Source of the DNA: Candidatus Omnitrophota bacterium
GTDB taxonomy: Bacteria; Omnitrophota; Gorgyraeia; Gygaellales; Profunditerraquicolaceae
NCBI GenBank assembly: GCA_016208765.1
Contig: JACQXK010000032.1
Location: forward strand, 54,385 to 118,384
Direction of reading: 5' to 3'
DNA length: 64,000 nucleotides
In this document: positions 1 to 8,610 of the stretch, piece by piece
Numbering within the stretch: position 1 is the stretch's first letter
Layout: each line of letters begins with the position of its first letter
Program-made: the position numbers and the translations under genes
The notes under the pieces: generated by a model
The model's input: only the letters and a program-made list of their open reading frames with translations
What the model was told of the DNA's origin: nothing
Database searches by the model: none

Positions 1-1
1 A

Positions 2-328
2 ATAAAAATAGCCTGCGAGGAAATTTATGATACCATCAGGCAGAAAGAACGCCGTTTCAGGATTTATCCTTTCAGTAAACCCCCTCAATTCCACTTAAGC
101 GTTGCTATGGAAGCATGGCTGCGCGGTACAAGCTTTGATAAAACTATCCGCCTTACCGATACTGATGAAGGGGAACTTGTGCGCTATTTCAGGATGAGCG
201 TGCAGATCCTGCGCGAGATTTATGCCTCTGCTGCCTGTTCGCAATCCTTAAAAGACAGGATCAAAGAGACAAACCGCATGATTAACCGCGATGTAGTTGA
301 TGCAGAAAAACAACTACGCGAAGGTTAA
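2..328 (+). CDS. C-terminal part of a Ski2-like DEAD/DEAH-box helicase (DSHCT domain), 5'-partial
   Basis: The frame is open from base 2. The motif 'AW..G.SF......TD.DEGELVRYFRMSVQILRE...I.RDVVD' resembles the C-terminus of Ski2/HelY helicases. Confidence 0.7.
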   Translation: MKIACEEIYDTIRQKERRFRIYPFSKPPQFHLSVAMEAWLRGTSFDKTIRLTDTDEGELVRYFRMSVQILREIYASAACSQSLKDRIKETNRMINRDVVDAEKQLREG

Positions 329-337
329 ACCCGCGGG

Positions 338-451
338 TTAAAATCCCACCGGCATTCCTGCATACATACGCAAAGCCTGCAGGAAAGTTAATCTTTGTCT
401 GTGTTGAGTTCTTCTTACTTTTCTGTGTGCGTGACGATGCAATCTTCTCAT
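338..451 (-). CDS. Arg/His-rich micropeptide B, 37 aa (MRRLHRHAHRKVRRTQHRQRLTFLQALRMYAGMPVGF)
   Basis: Translated by hand. A GGAGGT RBS precedes the ATG at 451 and the stop is TAA. It aligns with the upstream ORF at 465-593. Confidence 0.8.
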   Translation of the reverse strand: MRRLHRHAHRKVRRTQHRQRLTFLQALRMYAGMPVGF

Positions 452-464
452 TTTACCTCCATTA

Positions 465-593
465 CTAAGCTTGTTTTAAGCTTGTTAAAAACATCCCTGT
501 ATACATTCTTATAACATTTAGAAATCCAACTGGCTTTTTATGACGAGTATACCTTCGGGTTGCCTTACGCACTCCCCTATGTTGCTTTCTCAT
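465..593 (-). CDS. Arg/Lys/His-rich micropeptide A, 42 aa (MRKQHRGVRKATRRYTRHKKPVGFLNVIRMYTGMFLTSLKQA)
   Basis: Translated by hand. It has an AAGGAGGAG RBS and a double stop TAG TAA. It shares MR..HR......RR.T.H.....FL...RMY.GM with 338-451. Confidence 0.8.
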   Translation of the reverse strand: MRKQHRGVRKATRRYTRHKKPVGFLNVIRMYTGMFLTSLKQA

Positions 594-626
594 CTCTCCT
601 CCTTCCTATTGGCGTGCAGCCATGTT

Positions 627-756
627 ACACCCGGCCTTAAAGGATAGGCCGGTGTGCGCTTAGACACACTACACACCCCGCCCTATAGGATGGGCGGGTG
701 TCTTGCCTTCTGTTGCACCCAATCCTATCGGATGGATTGGTGTGCGCTTGGGCGCA
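627..756 (-). repeat. Array of three covarying bulged hairpins (ACACC-N5-AUCCNWUA-N5'-GGGUG)
   Basis: Units lie at 715-745, 673-701 and 627-657. The variable 5-bp stems AAUCC/GGAUU, CGCCC/GGGCG and GGCCU/AGGCC are fully compensatory. Loops are AUCCGAUA, AUCCUAUA and AUCCUUUA. Confidence 0.85.
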
Positions 757-790
757 AAAAAAACCCTAAAGGCAAAATTCTTTAGGGTTA
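756..790 (-). terminator. Intrinsic terminator in the riboswitch leader
   Basis: AACCCUAAAG-8 nt loop-CUUUAGGGUU is followed by a U-run. Confidence 0.85.
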
Positions 791-802
791 AAAATAACTT
801 CC

Positions 803-930
803 CCTTTTGGCAGCCCCTCTGCCCCCCCATATTATAGGTAAGGACAGGTAGCTTTGCCTCGCCGTAAAACTTAGCGAGTCCGCCACGTTTTGTGGCGGAG
901 CCCCCGGGTTACCCCGGGTTTGCCTTTTCA
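803..930 (-). ncRNA. c-di-GMP-I (GEMM-I) riboswitch aptamer with a 42-nt insertion
   Basis: The minus strand reads AAAAGGCAAA-CCCGGG-GUAA-CCCGGG-GGC-[insert 858-899]-GCAAAGCUAC...GGGGCUGCC. This has the GGCAAA, GNRA-capped P2, GCAAAGC and GGGYUGCC hallmarks. P3 is less canonical. Confidence 0.7.
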
Positions 931-991
931 GTAGGTTCATCCCTACACCAATCGGTGTAGGGCTAAATTGTCAAAATTACAAGCTAAGAGA

Positions 992-1019
992 AGTATGCCA
1001 TATTTTTGACAAATTTCAA
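992..1019 (-). promoter_or_regulatory. Putative sigma70 promoter for the riboswitch/micropeptide transcript
   Basis: TTGAAA-16 nt-CATACT with an extended -10 (TGg). Confidence 0.55.
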
Positions 1020-1038
1020 GGGTAAATCTTTTCTTTCT

Positions 1039-1173
1039 GTAACCGGTCAGTAAACGGGGGTAGATATTGTCATGCCCGCGAAATCCCCGCTTTCGCGGGG
1101 AGGCACCCAGGCGTTCCCGTAGCTGGATTCCCGCTTACGCGGGAATGACTTAGCCCAGTAACTAACCGGTTAC
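1039..1173. repeat. Nested REP-like palindromic element
   Basis: Outer IR is GTAACCGGTCAGT/ACTAACCGGTTAC. Inside it is GTCATGCCCGCG...GGATTCCCGCTTACGCGGGAATGAC, and innermost TCCCCGCTTTCGCGGGGA. Confidence 0.7.
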
Positions 1174-2135
1174 TTCTTTCTCAATTTAACTTCTTTAAGA
1201 TAGTCCAAAAGTATCTTTTTATGATCAAAAGCAAAATCCAGCTTTTCAATTTCGCTTTTTTTAATTATTTTTAATCCGGCAGCATCATCTCCGGCCCTGG
1301 GATTTCCCTTAACCTTGGCAATAAAAGCTGTGCCGATCGTATGAAAACGCGGGTCGCGCTTAGGGTCAGAGTAGGTATGGAATTGCCTTAATTCAACAAC
1401 ATCAAGGTTTGTTTCCTCTTTGACCTCCCTTATCACCGCATGCTCAAGGCTCTCACCATAATCCACAAAACCACCGGGAAGCGCCAGGCCAAACGGCGGA
1501 TTACTCCTTTCAATAACAACAATCCCGCCATCCCCGCCTGCGGGCGAAGCAGGAATTTCAATAAGCGCATCAACCGTGCTAAAAGGGCCCTGCTGGAGCT
1601 TATTCACAATGTGCTCTAAATATGAAACAACGCCTTTATTAAACACATTAAATGCCTCTTTATCAAATAAACAGATAATTATTTCTTTTATTTCAGTTTT
1701 GTCTTCCCTTAAATGGCGAAAAATCTCCTGTGACATAATTTTTGCAGCTGCCAATAAAGGATACCCCCCCACGCCACAGCCTAACGCCGGAAAGGCAATT
1801 GAAGAAATCCTTAATTTTTGCGCTAACTTTAAAGCATTCCTGGCAGCATCTCGTATTTTAATTTCGTCGGTCTTATGATCAAGGCCCATAGTTGCAGCAT
1901 GAATTACATATTTTGCCTTAAGGCTTCCTGCCTGAGTTGCCAAGGCCTCTCCAATTTGAATCGGCCCTTTTTTAACAGCCTCATCCTCAATGGCTTTGCC
2001 GCCTTTTCGCTTTATGGCACCAGCAACCCCGCCGCCCATAATTAACTTATTATTTGCGGCATTAACAATAGCATCAACTTTTAATTCCGTAATATCACCT
2101 TGAACAATTTTAATTTCAGTATTATTTATTTTCAT
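1170..2135 (-). CDS. Macro domain (ADP-ribose) - Nudix hydrolase fusion
   Basis: Macro motifs [17 protein letters not shown] and [10 protein letters not shown]. Nudix box [25 protein letters not shown] and AGDDA. Confidence 0.9.
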   Translation of the reverse strand: MKINNTEIKIVQGDITELKVDAIVNAANNKLIMGGGVAGAIKRKGGKAIEDEAVKKGPIQIGEALATQAGSLKAKYVIHAATMGLDHKTDEIKIRDAARNALKLAQKLRISSIAFPALGCGVGGYPLLAAAKIMSQEIFRHLREDKTEIKEIIICLFDKEAFNVFNKGVVSYLEHIVNKLQQGPFSTVDALIEIPASPAGGDGGIVVIERSNPPFGLALPGGFVDYGESLEHAVIREVKEETNLDVVELRQFHTYSDPKRDPRFHTIGTAFIAKVKGNPRAGDDAAGLKIIKKSEIEKLDFAFDHKKILLDYLKEVKLRKK

Positions 2136-2148
2136 AATTAGCTCCTCA

Positions 2149-2838
2149 TCAAATCTTCTCCAGTATCAGCTTCTTTTCTTTTAAGTCAACTTTAAAATTA
2201 AACCTCTTTAAAAATGACATCCCCAAAAGCCCGTCGCCAATATCTCCTGCTTCATCAATAATTAACGCGGCATCCACATTTTTTGCCTCAAGATTCTGCA
2301 CTTTTATGCTTCTAATTGTAATGTGCTTTGCCCTGACCTTTCTGCCATCTGCCAATTGCATCTGGACATCAGGAATAAAACGATCCGGATTAAACCCCAA
2401 CTCTTGGGCCACTTTCCTGCTGATTAAAACTAAAGATGCTCCGGTATCCAGAATAAAACGCACAGAAACTTTGTCATCTAACAACGCATCAACCAAAATA
2501 CCCGCCTCATTATGCCGCAGATCAACTGCCTTAGGTTGACGCTCCTCTTCCTCCTGTTGTCGCAGGATTCTATTATTAGTGGCTATTTTCTGCTCCTGCC
2601 ATTTTTTCCGCAGTAGCTGATTCTTTTCTGCAGAAGACAATTTTGTTTCTTTTACGCTATTCTTACCAAACTTAACCACTCCTGAAGAAACCTCAAGCTC
2701 AATAACTTCTAAATTATCTTTTTTTATTATCCCTTCCAGGCAGCGGCCGTTATTTAAACATACAGTATCAGCATAAGAAAAATTATAAGACAATAATAAT
2801 ACCGTAATAACAAAGATTGTCCGCTTCACTATAGTCAT
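2149..2838 (-). CDS. Secreted retropepsin-like (clan AA) aspartic protease
   Basis: Signal peptide, FILDTGAS and GLLGMSFL motifs. Confidence 0.85.
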   Translation of the reverse strand: MTIVKRTIFVITVLLLSYNFSYADTVCLNNGRCLEGIIKKDNLEVIELEVSSGVVKFGKNSVKETKLSSAEKNQLLRKKWQEQKIATNNRILRQQEEEERQPKAVDLRHNEAGILVDALLDDKVSVRFILDTGASLVLISRKVAQELGFNPDRFIPDVQMQLADGRKVRAKHITIRSIKVQNLEAKNVDAALIIDEAGDIGDGLLGMSFLKRFNFKVDLKEKKLILEKI

Positions 2839-2855
2839 GATTTTCCTGGATAAGA

Positions 2856-3503
2856 TTACCGAAACTGCCTGACCCCAACTTTTTTACAAGACTTATTCAC
2901 GCTACACCTTGAACACCAAGGAGAAACCGGCAAACACAAATTCTGTCCAAAGGTCACTAAAATGGTATTTAACTCAATCCAAAGCTTCTTTGGAACAATT
3001 CTTTCAAGCGCCGCTTCTGTTTCTTCGGGTATTTTTGTTTTTACCCACCCAAGGCGATTTGAAATTCTGTGCACATGGGTGTCTACGCAAATTGCAGGGA
3101 TATTAAACCCCAGCCCCAACACTAAATTTGCGGTTTTCCTGCCAACGCCCTTAAATTCCAAGAGCCTCTTAATATCCCCCGGGACTTTCCCCTCATAAAC
3201 GTCATTGATCTTCCTGCTTATTTCTAATATTGTTTTGGCCTTGTTACGAAAGAATCCAACAGGATAAATTAAGTTTTGGATTCTTTCTAAAGACAACTTT
3301 GCCATGTCAGCCGGATTATCCGCAACACAAAATAACCTGCGGCTTGCTTCAATGGTAGTTTTATCTTTAGTGCGCAGGCTCAGGATACAGGAGATTAAAA
3401 CCCGATATGGATCGCGGCTATGAGAAATCTGCGTTACCGAGGGAACAGTAAACTCCCTTGACTGCTTTTTAATTAAATTAATAACTCTTAAAACATCTTT
3501 CAT
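2856..3503 (-). CDS. nth: Endonuclease III
   Basis: HhH motif GVGRKTAN, VDTHVHRISNRLG and the C-X6-C-X2-C-X5-C Fe-S motif. Confidence 0.95.
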   Translation of the reverse strand: MKDVLRVINLIKKQSREFTVPSVTQISHSRDPYRVLISCILSLRTKDKTTIEASRRLFCVADNPADMAKLSLERIQNLIYPVGFFRNKAKTILEISRKINDVYEGKVPGDIKRLLEFKGVGRKTANLVLGLGFNIPAICVDTHVHRISNRLGWVKTKIPEETEAALERIVPKKLWIELNTILVTFGQNLCLPVSPWCSRCSVNKSCKKVGVRQFR

Positions 3504-3505
3504 AT

Positions 3506-3546
3506 AAAAACAAAAACACCCTCACCTAAAAAGGCAAGGGTGTTTT
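3506..3546 (-). terminator. Intrinsic terminator
   Basis: AAAACACCCT...AGGGTGTTTT stem followed by a T-rich tail on the minus strand. Confidence 0.65.
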
Positions 3547-3559
3547 GAATAAACTCCTC

Positions 3560-4597
3560 TTATATCTGCGCCTGGATCCTAAGCTCGGTATAATAACCAT
3601 TCTTCAAACTAACCTTACCAAGGCTATCTGTATATTGCAGTTTACGGTTAAAAGACCCGCCGGCTGCAACAGAAGCCTGAAAATATTTGTTTAATGTAAA
3701 TTTCAATCCTCCGCCCACATGCACCTCGTCATAACACAGCTTTGCATGCTGATGCTGAGGATCTTTATTGACCAAAAATTCAGAAGTAAAATTAGTCCCT
3801 CCTTCTGCATACACCGTCCACTTATTATTAAAAGCATAAGAGATATTAGGCCGGCTGGGGACCAAATCAAAGGTCCATTTCTCATTTGGCTTATAGATAA
3901 AACCGGCAATAGGCAATACAGGAGTTTCATAATCAGGAAATGTTGCCACACCTAAAACAAATGTCCATTTTTCATTAGGCTGGTAAATAGCAAACGTCTG
4001 CACCGGCATACGAAAAGCCGCGGAACGAAAAGCCCATGTATCGGTGTAATATGACGGATTCAATGCAACACGAAAGTAAGTTTTTTCAAACCAGAAAAAT
4101 GGCAGGGTTGTTTCAATGCCAAACTGCATACCGATTAAATGTTGCGGCAAGTAAACTTCTGTTGAGTTGTTTAAGCCGATATACGTATGAACAAGGCTAA
4201 GCTCAATCGGCAATTTATTAAAAAGTTTAAAATCAAGGTCATATTCTGCTCCGGTATCAATAATACCAACCTTACCGGGCTGATTATGCACTTTGGTTGT
4301 TGGATAATATTTTCCATAGGTATCAAAACTGCTGGTTACCTTTGCCTCCTCCTGCTCTTTTTCCGGGACAGTAATAAGCTGCTTGAGCCTCTTCGGATAC
4401 ATATCATTCTGCTCAACAACCTGCGCTGCTTCAGCTTCGGGTGTGATCTCTATGGAATCCTGTTTACCTGCTGCCTCAGTAAGAGCCTCTTCTTGAGCCT
4501 CAGCCCGTGCTTCGGTTTGTGCAAAAGCCCGGCCAATCAATAAAGATGAAAACATCACAAATCCAAACATAATTATTCCAAAATAACTTTTACGCAT
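3560..4597 (-). CDS. Outer-membrane beta-barrel protein (DUF6268-like)
   Basis: Start moved to MRKSYF after an AAAGGAG RBS. It has a signal peptide and alternating aromatic beta strands (PIAGFIYKPNEKW). Confidence 0.7.
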   Translation of the reverse strand: MRKSYFGIIMFGFVMFSSLLIGRAFAQTEARAEAQEEALTEAAGKQDSIEITPEAEAAQVVEQNDMYPKRLKQLITVPEKEQEEAKVTSSFDTYGKYYPTTKVHNQPGKVGIIDTGAEYDLDFKLFNKLPIELSLVHTYIGLNNSTEVYLPQHLIGMQFGIETTLPFFWFEKTYFRVALNPSYYTDTWAFRSAAFRMPVQTFAIYQPNEKWTFVLGVATFPDYETPVLPIAGFIYKPNEKWTFDLVPSRPNISYAFNNKWTVYAEGGTNFTSEFLVNKDPQHQHAKLCYDEVHVGGGLKFTLNKYFQASVAAGGSFNRKLQYTDSLGKVSLKNGYYTELRIQAQI

Positions 4598-4675
4598 AAA
4601 TTCTCCTTTCTTTAAAATATAACAATATAATATATTACCTATAATAGTTGTCAAGCACAAAACTGACTGATACGA

Positions 4676-7168
4676 TCAATGTGGTATGCTTTTTAGAAAA
4701 GTATCCGCCAAGCCTTTAAATATATCAAAATAAGCAGTTTTAAACTTAATCTTTGGCTTTTGCAATGTTTCAGTAATCTCAATAATAGCAAACTTCTCAG
4801 CCTGGCCCAAAATTGCTGTAGCCACATCCCTATATGTGCCGGTTAAAGGGACCATCTGACTAAGCACTTCCACGCTTAGCTGAGCATTAATAGAGCTATC
4901 AAACCCGATCTTCACCGGGCCAAAAAGATTGGCAATATTGCTTCTTAATACCAAATTCTCGGTGCTAACATACTTATCTTTAACCACAAACCCGCAATCG
5001 CCTTCACTAAACGCAATATTTGCGAAATCCTTAACAAACAACAATGAACCAATACCCTGGAATAAATCCAGTTGCCAAAGCTTGCCATCTTTAATGTTTA
5101 TCTTCCCCGAACCGTTAACCATGGCTAAATCATTGAGAAAACCGCTTAGCTTCGCAGAAAACTTGATAGTTCCCGAAATATCCTTATCTTTTAAAGAAGT
5201 ATCCAGTTTCAATTTCTCAATTTTTAAGCCGCTTAAATTAACGTCAAACCAATAAGGATAATTTGTTGAATTGAGGTTAATGCTGCCGCTTGAGTCAAAA
5301 ACTCCATCGTATAAATCTAAATGCAGCTGCGGCACATTAATAATACCTGCAGACTGGTTATAATTTAAAATTAATCCTCCGGCAGAAAATCCTGCGCAGG
5401 AAACAGAAGCGCTGGTCAATGCCGCATCTACCAAACAATTCTTCCAATCCAGCGGATTTCCGCGAAAAACAAATTGCCCGGACACACGGCCCTTGGGCTT
5501 TAGCTTATCCAATTGCGGCTGAAATTTCTTAACCACCTCTTTTATGTTGCTAAGATTGACATCAAGGGTTCCGTTAATATCTATATCCGGGCTGGCAGCA
5601 TCTTCATTGTTAACTGTGCCGGTGGCCAAGAAATCAGAATCCAAATATTTCCCGGAAAGTTTATTTATTTTAATTAATTTGTTATTTATTGAGAACTCTG
5701 AATCCAGATTTAGGTTATCTGAGGCCAGGCCCAGCGCAACTAAGGGAGTTTTAAAATTATCAATCTTGCCGTTAGTTTTATATGAAACCCCTGAAAAACT
5801 AAAATACAGCTCCTGCCATGTTGCCTGATCCAACCCAAAGTCAACCCGGCCTGAAATATTCATAAAGGGGTCTTTAATTTTGTCAAGCTTAACAACTGCC
5901 TGAGAAATATTTAGCTCTCCCTTCACAGGAAGGCTTCCTTCAACAGGAAGCTTGGTGGAAAGATTTACCGATAGTTTTCCTCTCCCGTTAATGGTTGCCG
6001 GAAGGTTAACTTTTAGTTTTTCTTTCAAGGTTTTTTGCAGAACAGCCAAATCCAATACTGAAGAAATATTCAAATCCAGATATGGATTGCTAAAATCAGC
6101 CAACTTTACTTTCCCGCTAAGCGGGATTTCCCAAATGTTTGCCAAAAGGCTTTCACAAGAAATACCGGAATTACTAAAAACAAAGTCTCCATTAATAGAA
6201 TTTATCTTTTCCACTGTTTCTACCCCTGAAACAGATGAATTGAGGATATTAGCCTTCCCGGAATAACTCAAGTTTTTATCCTTAAAGTTATAGGACAATA
6301 AAGCCTTTACCTGAGAATTAGAATAAAACAGGAATTTGTCTTTCCCTGCTATCAAATCCTGAATATCAGTGGCAAGATCGGAATTTAAAAAGCTATACTT
6401 CAATCTTAAGTCTAATGCCGCGGTAGAATTAATTACGCCGCTTGAAATATTAAACCCGGTTTGCCTGTAATAAACAGAAAAATCCTGCGGCTTAAAGCCT
6501 GTAAGCGAAACTTTTGCCAAAAGCCTGCTGTCGGGTATCTTAAAATCACCAACAATCTTTAATTTAGTAGCGGGCGCGGATGGAATTTCCGCGCTAACGC
6601 TAAACCTTACATTAAAAGGCAAAGCCAGATACGCTACAAGGTCAATATTCTCAATGTTCTTCTGCAACATAACAGGCAATGCCTCGTCGCGAAAAGCAAG
6701 TTTACCGTTATTTATGTTTATGCGCGAGATTACCACATCAAAACCCCCTTCTTTCTGCCCCTGCCTTTGTTTTGGCAAAAGAAAATCCTGAAAGCTAAAC
6801 GTATTGTCTTTATTGCGCACTATCAAAATTTCCGGATTTTCAAAGCTTACCAGCGGAACTATTATTTTTTTCTTTAAAATAGGAAACGGCAGGAAAATAC
6901 ATGAAGCTTCTTTAACTTTTAATATCGCGCCTGAATCGTCTGAAACCACCAGATTATACAGAACAAAACCTTTAAAGATATTTATTCTTACTGCGTCAAG
7001 CTTAACAAATTTGCCTGTTTCTTGCTCAATACCCTTTATAACCAAAGCCTTTATTTTTGTAGGCAAGTACACATTATTTAAATAGATAATTGCAGCAGTT
7101 ATCAAGAAACTAATGGCTAAAACAATTAACACCATTATCTTAAGGAACTTCTTAAAAGATTTCTTCAT
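4676..7168 (-). CDS. AsmA/DUF748-like periplasmic beta-taco protein
   Basis: N-terminal TM anchor, long beta-rich repeats and an AsmA-like C-terminus. Confidence 0.75.
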   Translation of the reverse strand: MKKSFKKFLKIMVLIVLAISFLITAAIIYLNNVYLPTKIKALVIKGIEQETGKFVKLDAVRINIFKGFVLYNLVVSDDSGAILKVKEASCIFLPFPILKKKIIVPLVSFENPEILIVRNKDNTFSFQDFLLPKQRQGQKEGGFDVVISRININNGKLAFRDEALPVMLQKNIENIDLVAYLALPFNVRFSVSAEIPSAPATKLKIVGDFKIPDSRLLAKVSLTGFKPQDFSVYYRQTGFNISSGVINSTAALDLRLKYSFLNSDLATDIQDLIAGKDKFLFYSNSQVKALLSYNFKDKNLSYSGKANILNSSVSGVETVEKINSINGDFVFSNSGISCESLLANIWEIPLSGKVKLADFSNPYLDLNISSVLDLAVLQKTLKEKLKVNLPATINGRGKLSVNLSTKLPVEGSLPVKGELNISQAVVKLDKIKDPFMNISGRVDFGLDQATWQELYFSFSGVSYKTNGKIDNFKTPLVALGLASDNLNLDSEFSINNKLIKINKLSGKYLDSDFLATGTVNNEDAASPDIDINGTLDVNLSNIKEVVKKFQPQLDKLKPKGRVSGQFVFRGNPLDWKNCLVDAALTSASVSCAGFSAGGLILNYNQSAGIINVPQLHLDLYDGVFDSSGSINLNSTNYPYWFDVNLSGLKIEKLKLDTSLKDKDISGTIKFSAKLSGFLNDLAMVNGSGKINIKDGKLWQLDLFQGIGSLLFVKDFANIAFSEGDCGFVVKDKYVSTENLVLRSNIANLFGPVKIGFDSSINAQLSVEVLSQMVPLTGTYRDVATAILGQAEKFAIIEITETLQKPKIKFKTAYFDIFKGLADTFLKSIPH

Positions 7169-8610
7169 TTTTGTTTTTTGACAATTTTTTCTGCCGCCTT
7201 AAACGCCTCTTCTTTCGTTTTAACCTTTCCGATCGCCTGCAATTCTTCAATTTCCTTAAGGATCTTTCCGACCAAAACAGAAGGGTTCAATTTAAATCTT
7301 CTCATCAATTCATTCCCGTTAATAAGGCGCTCAAACTTTTTTTCTTTTAATCTTCTGAAATATTCTTTAATCAGGCCAAAACATACGATTTCATGCTGAA
7401 TGCTTGATTTTTTTGTGGATAACCTGCCTAAGGTAGAACGCTGGTCGGCAACAGATAAAAGCAATACAGCCACGGCTTCGTTTTGTGTATCACGGAAATA
7501 CCTGAATATGGCACGCTTGCTTGGCTGCTTGAAATCACCCAGATAACCCGGGCGCAGGTGCCATAGCACCATTTTATGTAAGGCATTAATTTCATCCCTG
7601 GATAATTTCAGGCGTTTGGCAATGCCTTCTGCGATATCTAAGCCCACTCGCTCATGGCCGTGGAATTTAATTTTATTGCCAAAGCGGCGCTTTGCCTTGG
7701 GTTTTCCGATATCATGCAAAATAGCAGCCAGCTTTAAGAGCTGGCTGCGTTTCCTGTCTCCGGATAAATATTCCCTAAGGTAATCCTGGACATCTTTATT
7801 ATTTTCTAACTCTTTGGATAACCTCTCAAACTGTTTTGCTGTCTCAAGGCTGTGCTTCCAGACATCAAGATGATGATACGGCCCCTGATTAACTCCCCGC
7901 ATCAGGTTTATCTCAGGGATAATTATCTCTAATATCTTTAGTTTATCCAGGGTTGCTAAATACTGGTAGGCGTTCTTGGTATCAAATACTTTGAATAACT
8001 CGTCGCGGATGCGCTCAAAAGAAACCACTGAAAGCTTTCTTCTTTCTTTCTGGGCAAGGGCAAGAGTCTTATTCTCAATCTTAAAACCCAGCAGGGCTGA
8101 AAAGCTAAAAGCACGCAGGATCCTCAGAGGGTCCTCATCAAAAGATTTTTTGTTAGCCACCCTGATTATTCCGGATTTAATATCTTTCCTGGCAGAAAAG
8201 GGGTCAAGAATAAAATTACCAATATTTATTGCAGAAAAAATATCCTTTAAATCCAGAGCCAGGGTATTAATCGTAAAATCCCGGTGCAAAAGGTCATCTT
8301 CTAAATCCCTGCCCCGGAAATCCGTAAAATCAAAAGTATAGGCCTTGCCGCCGGACTTTTTAACCACCCGGCAGGCGCCATGTTCCTTATCCAAGACCAC
8401 AAAACCCGCGCGCATTTCTCTGGCAAGTTTTCTTCCAAAATTAATTGAACCTTTTTTTATGGCAAAATCAAAATCAGGGTTTATCTTCTGCCGGCCCAAT
8501 AAATAGTCGCGAAGAAATCCACCGACAAGAAAAAGCCTTAGCTTCTTCTTGACGGCACTGTTGTAAATTATTTTCAGCAGATTAAGGTCCTGGGAGGAAA
8601 GTTTAATCAC
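7165..8610 (-). CDS. cca: tRNA nucleotidyltransferase (CCA-adding/poly(A) polymerase family) with HD domain
   Basis: VGGFLRD..L....DFDF, RDFTIN, EDPLRILR and HD motif LHDIGK. The three tRNA genes in the window lack an encoded CCA. Confidence 0.85.
   Translation of the reverse strand: MIKLSSQDLNLLKIIYNSAVKKKLRLFLVGGFLRDYLLGRQKINPDFDFAIKKGSINFGRKLAREMRAGFVVLDKEHGACRVVKKSGGKAYTFDFTDFRGRDLEDDLLHRDFTINTLALDLKDIFSAINIGNFILDPFSARKDIKSGIIRVANKKSFDEDPLRILRAFSFSALLGFKIENKTLALAQKERRKLSVVSFERIRDELFKVFDTKNAYQYLATLDKLKILEIIIPEINLMRGVNQGPYHHLDVWKHSLETAKQFERLSKELENNKDVQDYLREYLSGDRKRSQLLKLAAILHDIGKPKAKRRFGNKIKFHGHERVGLDIAEGIAKRLKLSRDEINALHKMVLWHLRPGYLGDFKQPSKRAIFRYFRDTQNEAVAVLLLSVADQRSTLGRLSTKKSSIQHEIVCFGLIKEYFRRLKEKKFERLINGNELMRRFKLNPSVLVGKILKEIEELQAIGKVKTKEEAFKAAEKIVKKQK

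Noticed and set aside
627-756. Mini CRISPR array
   Set aside because: The repeat stems differ between units, the spacers are only about 13-15 nt, and there are no cas genes in the window.
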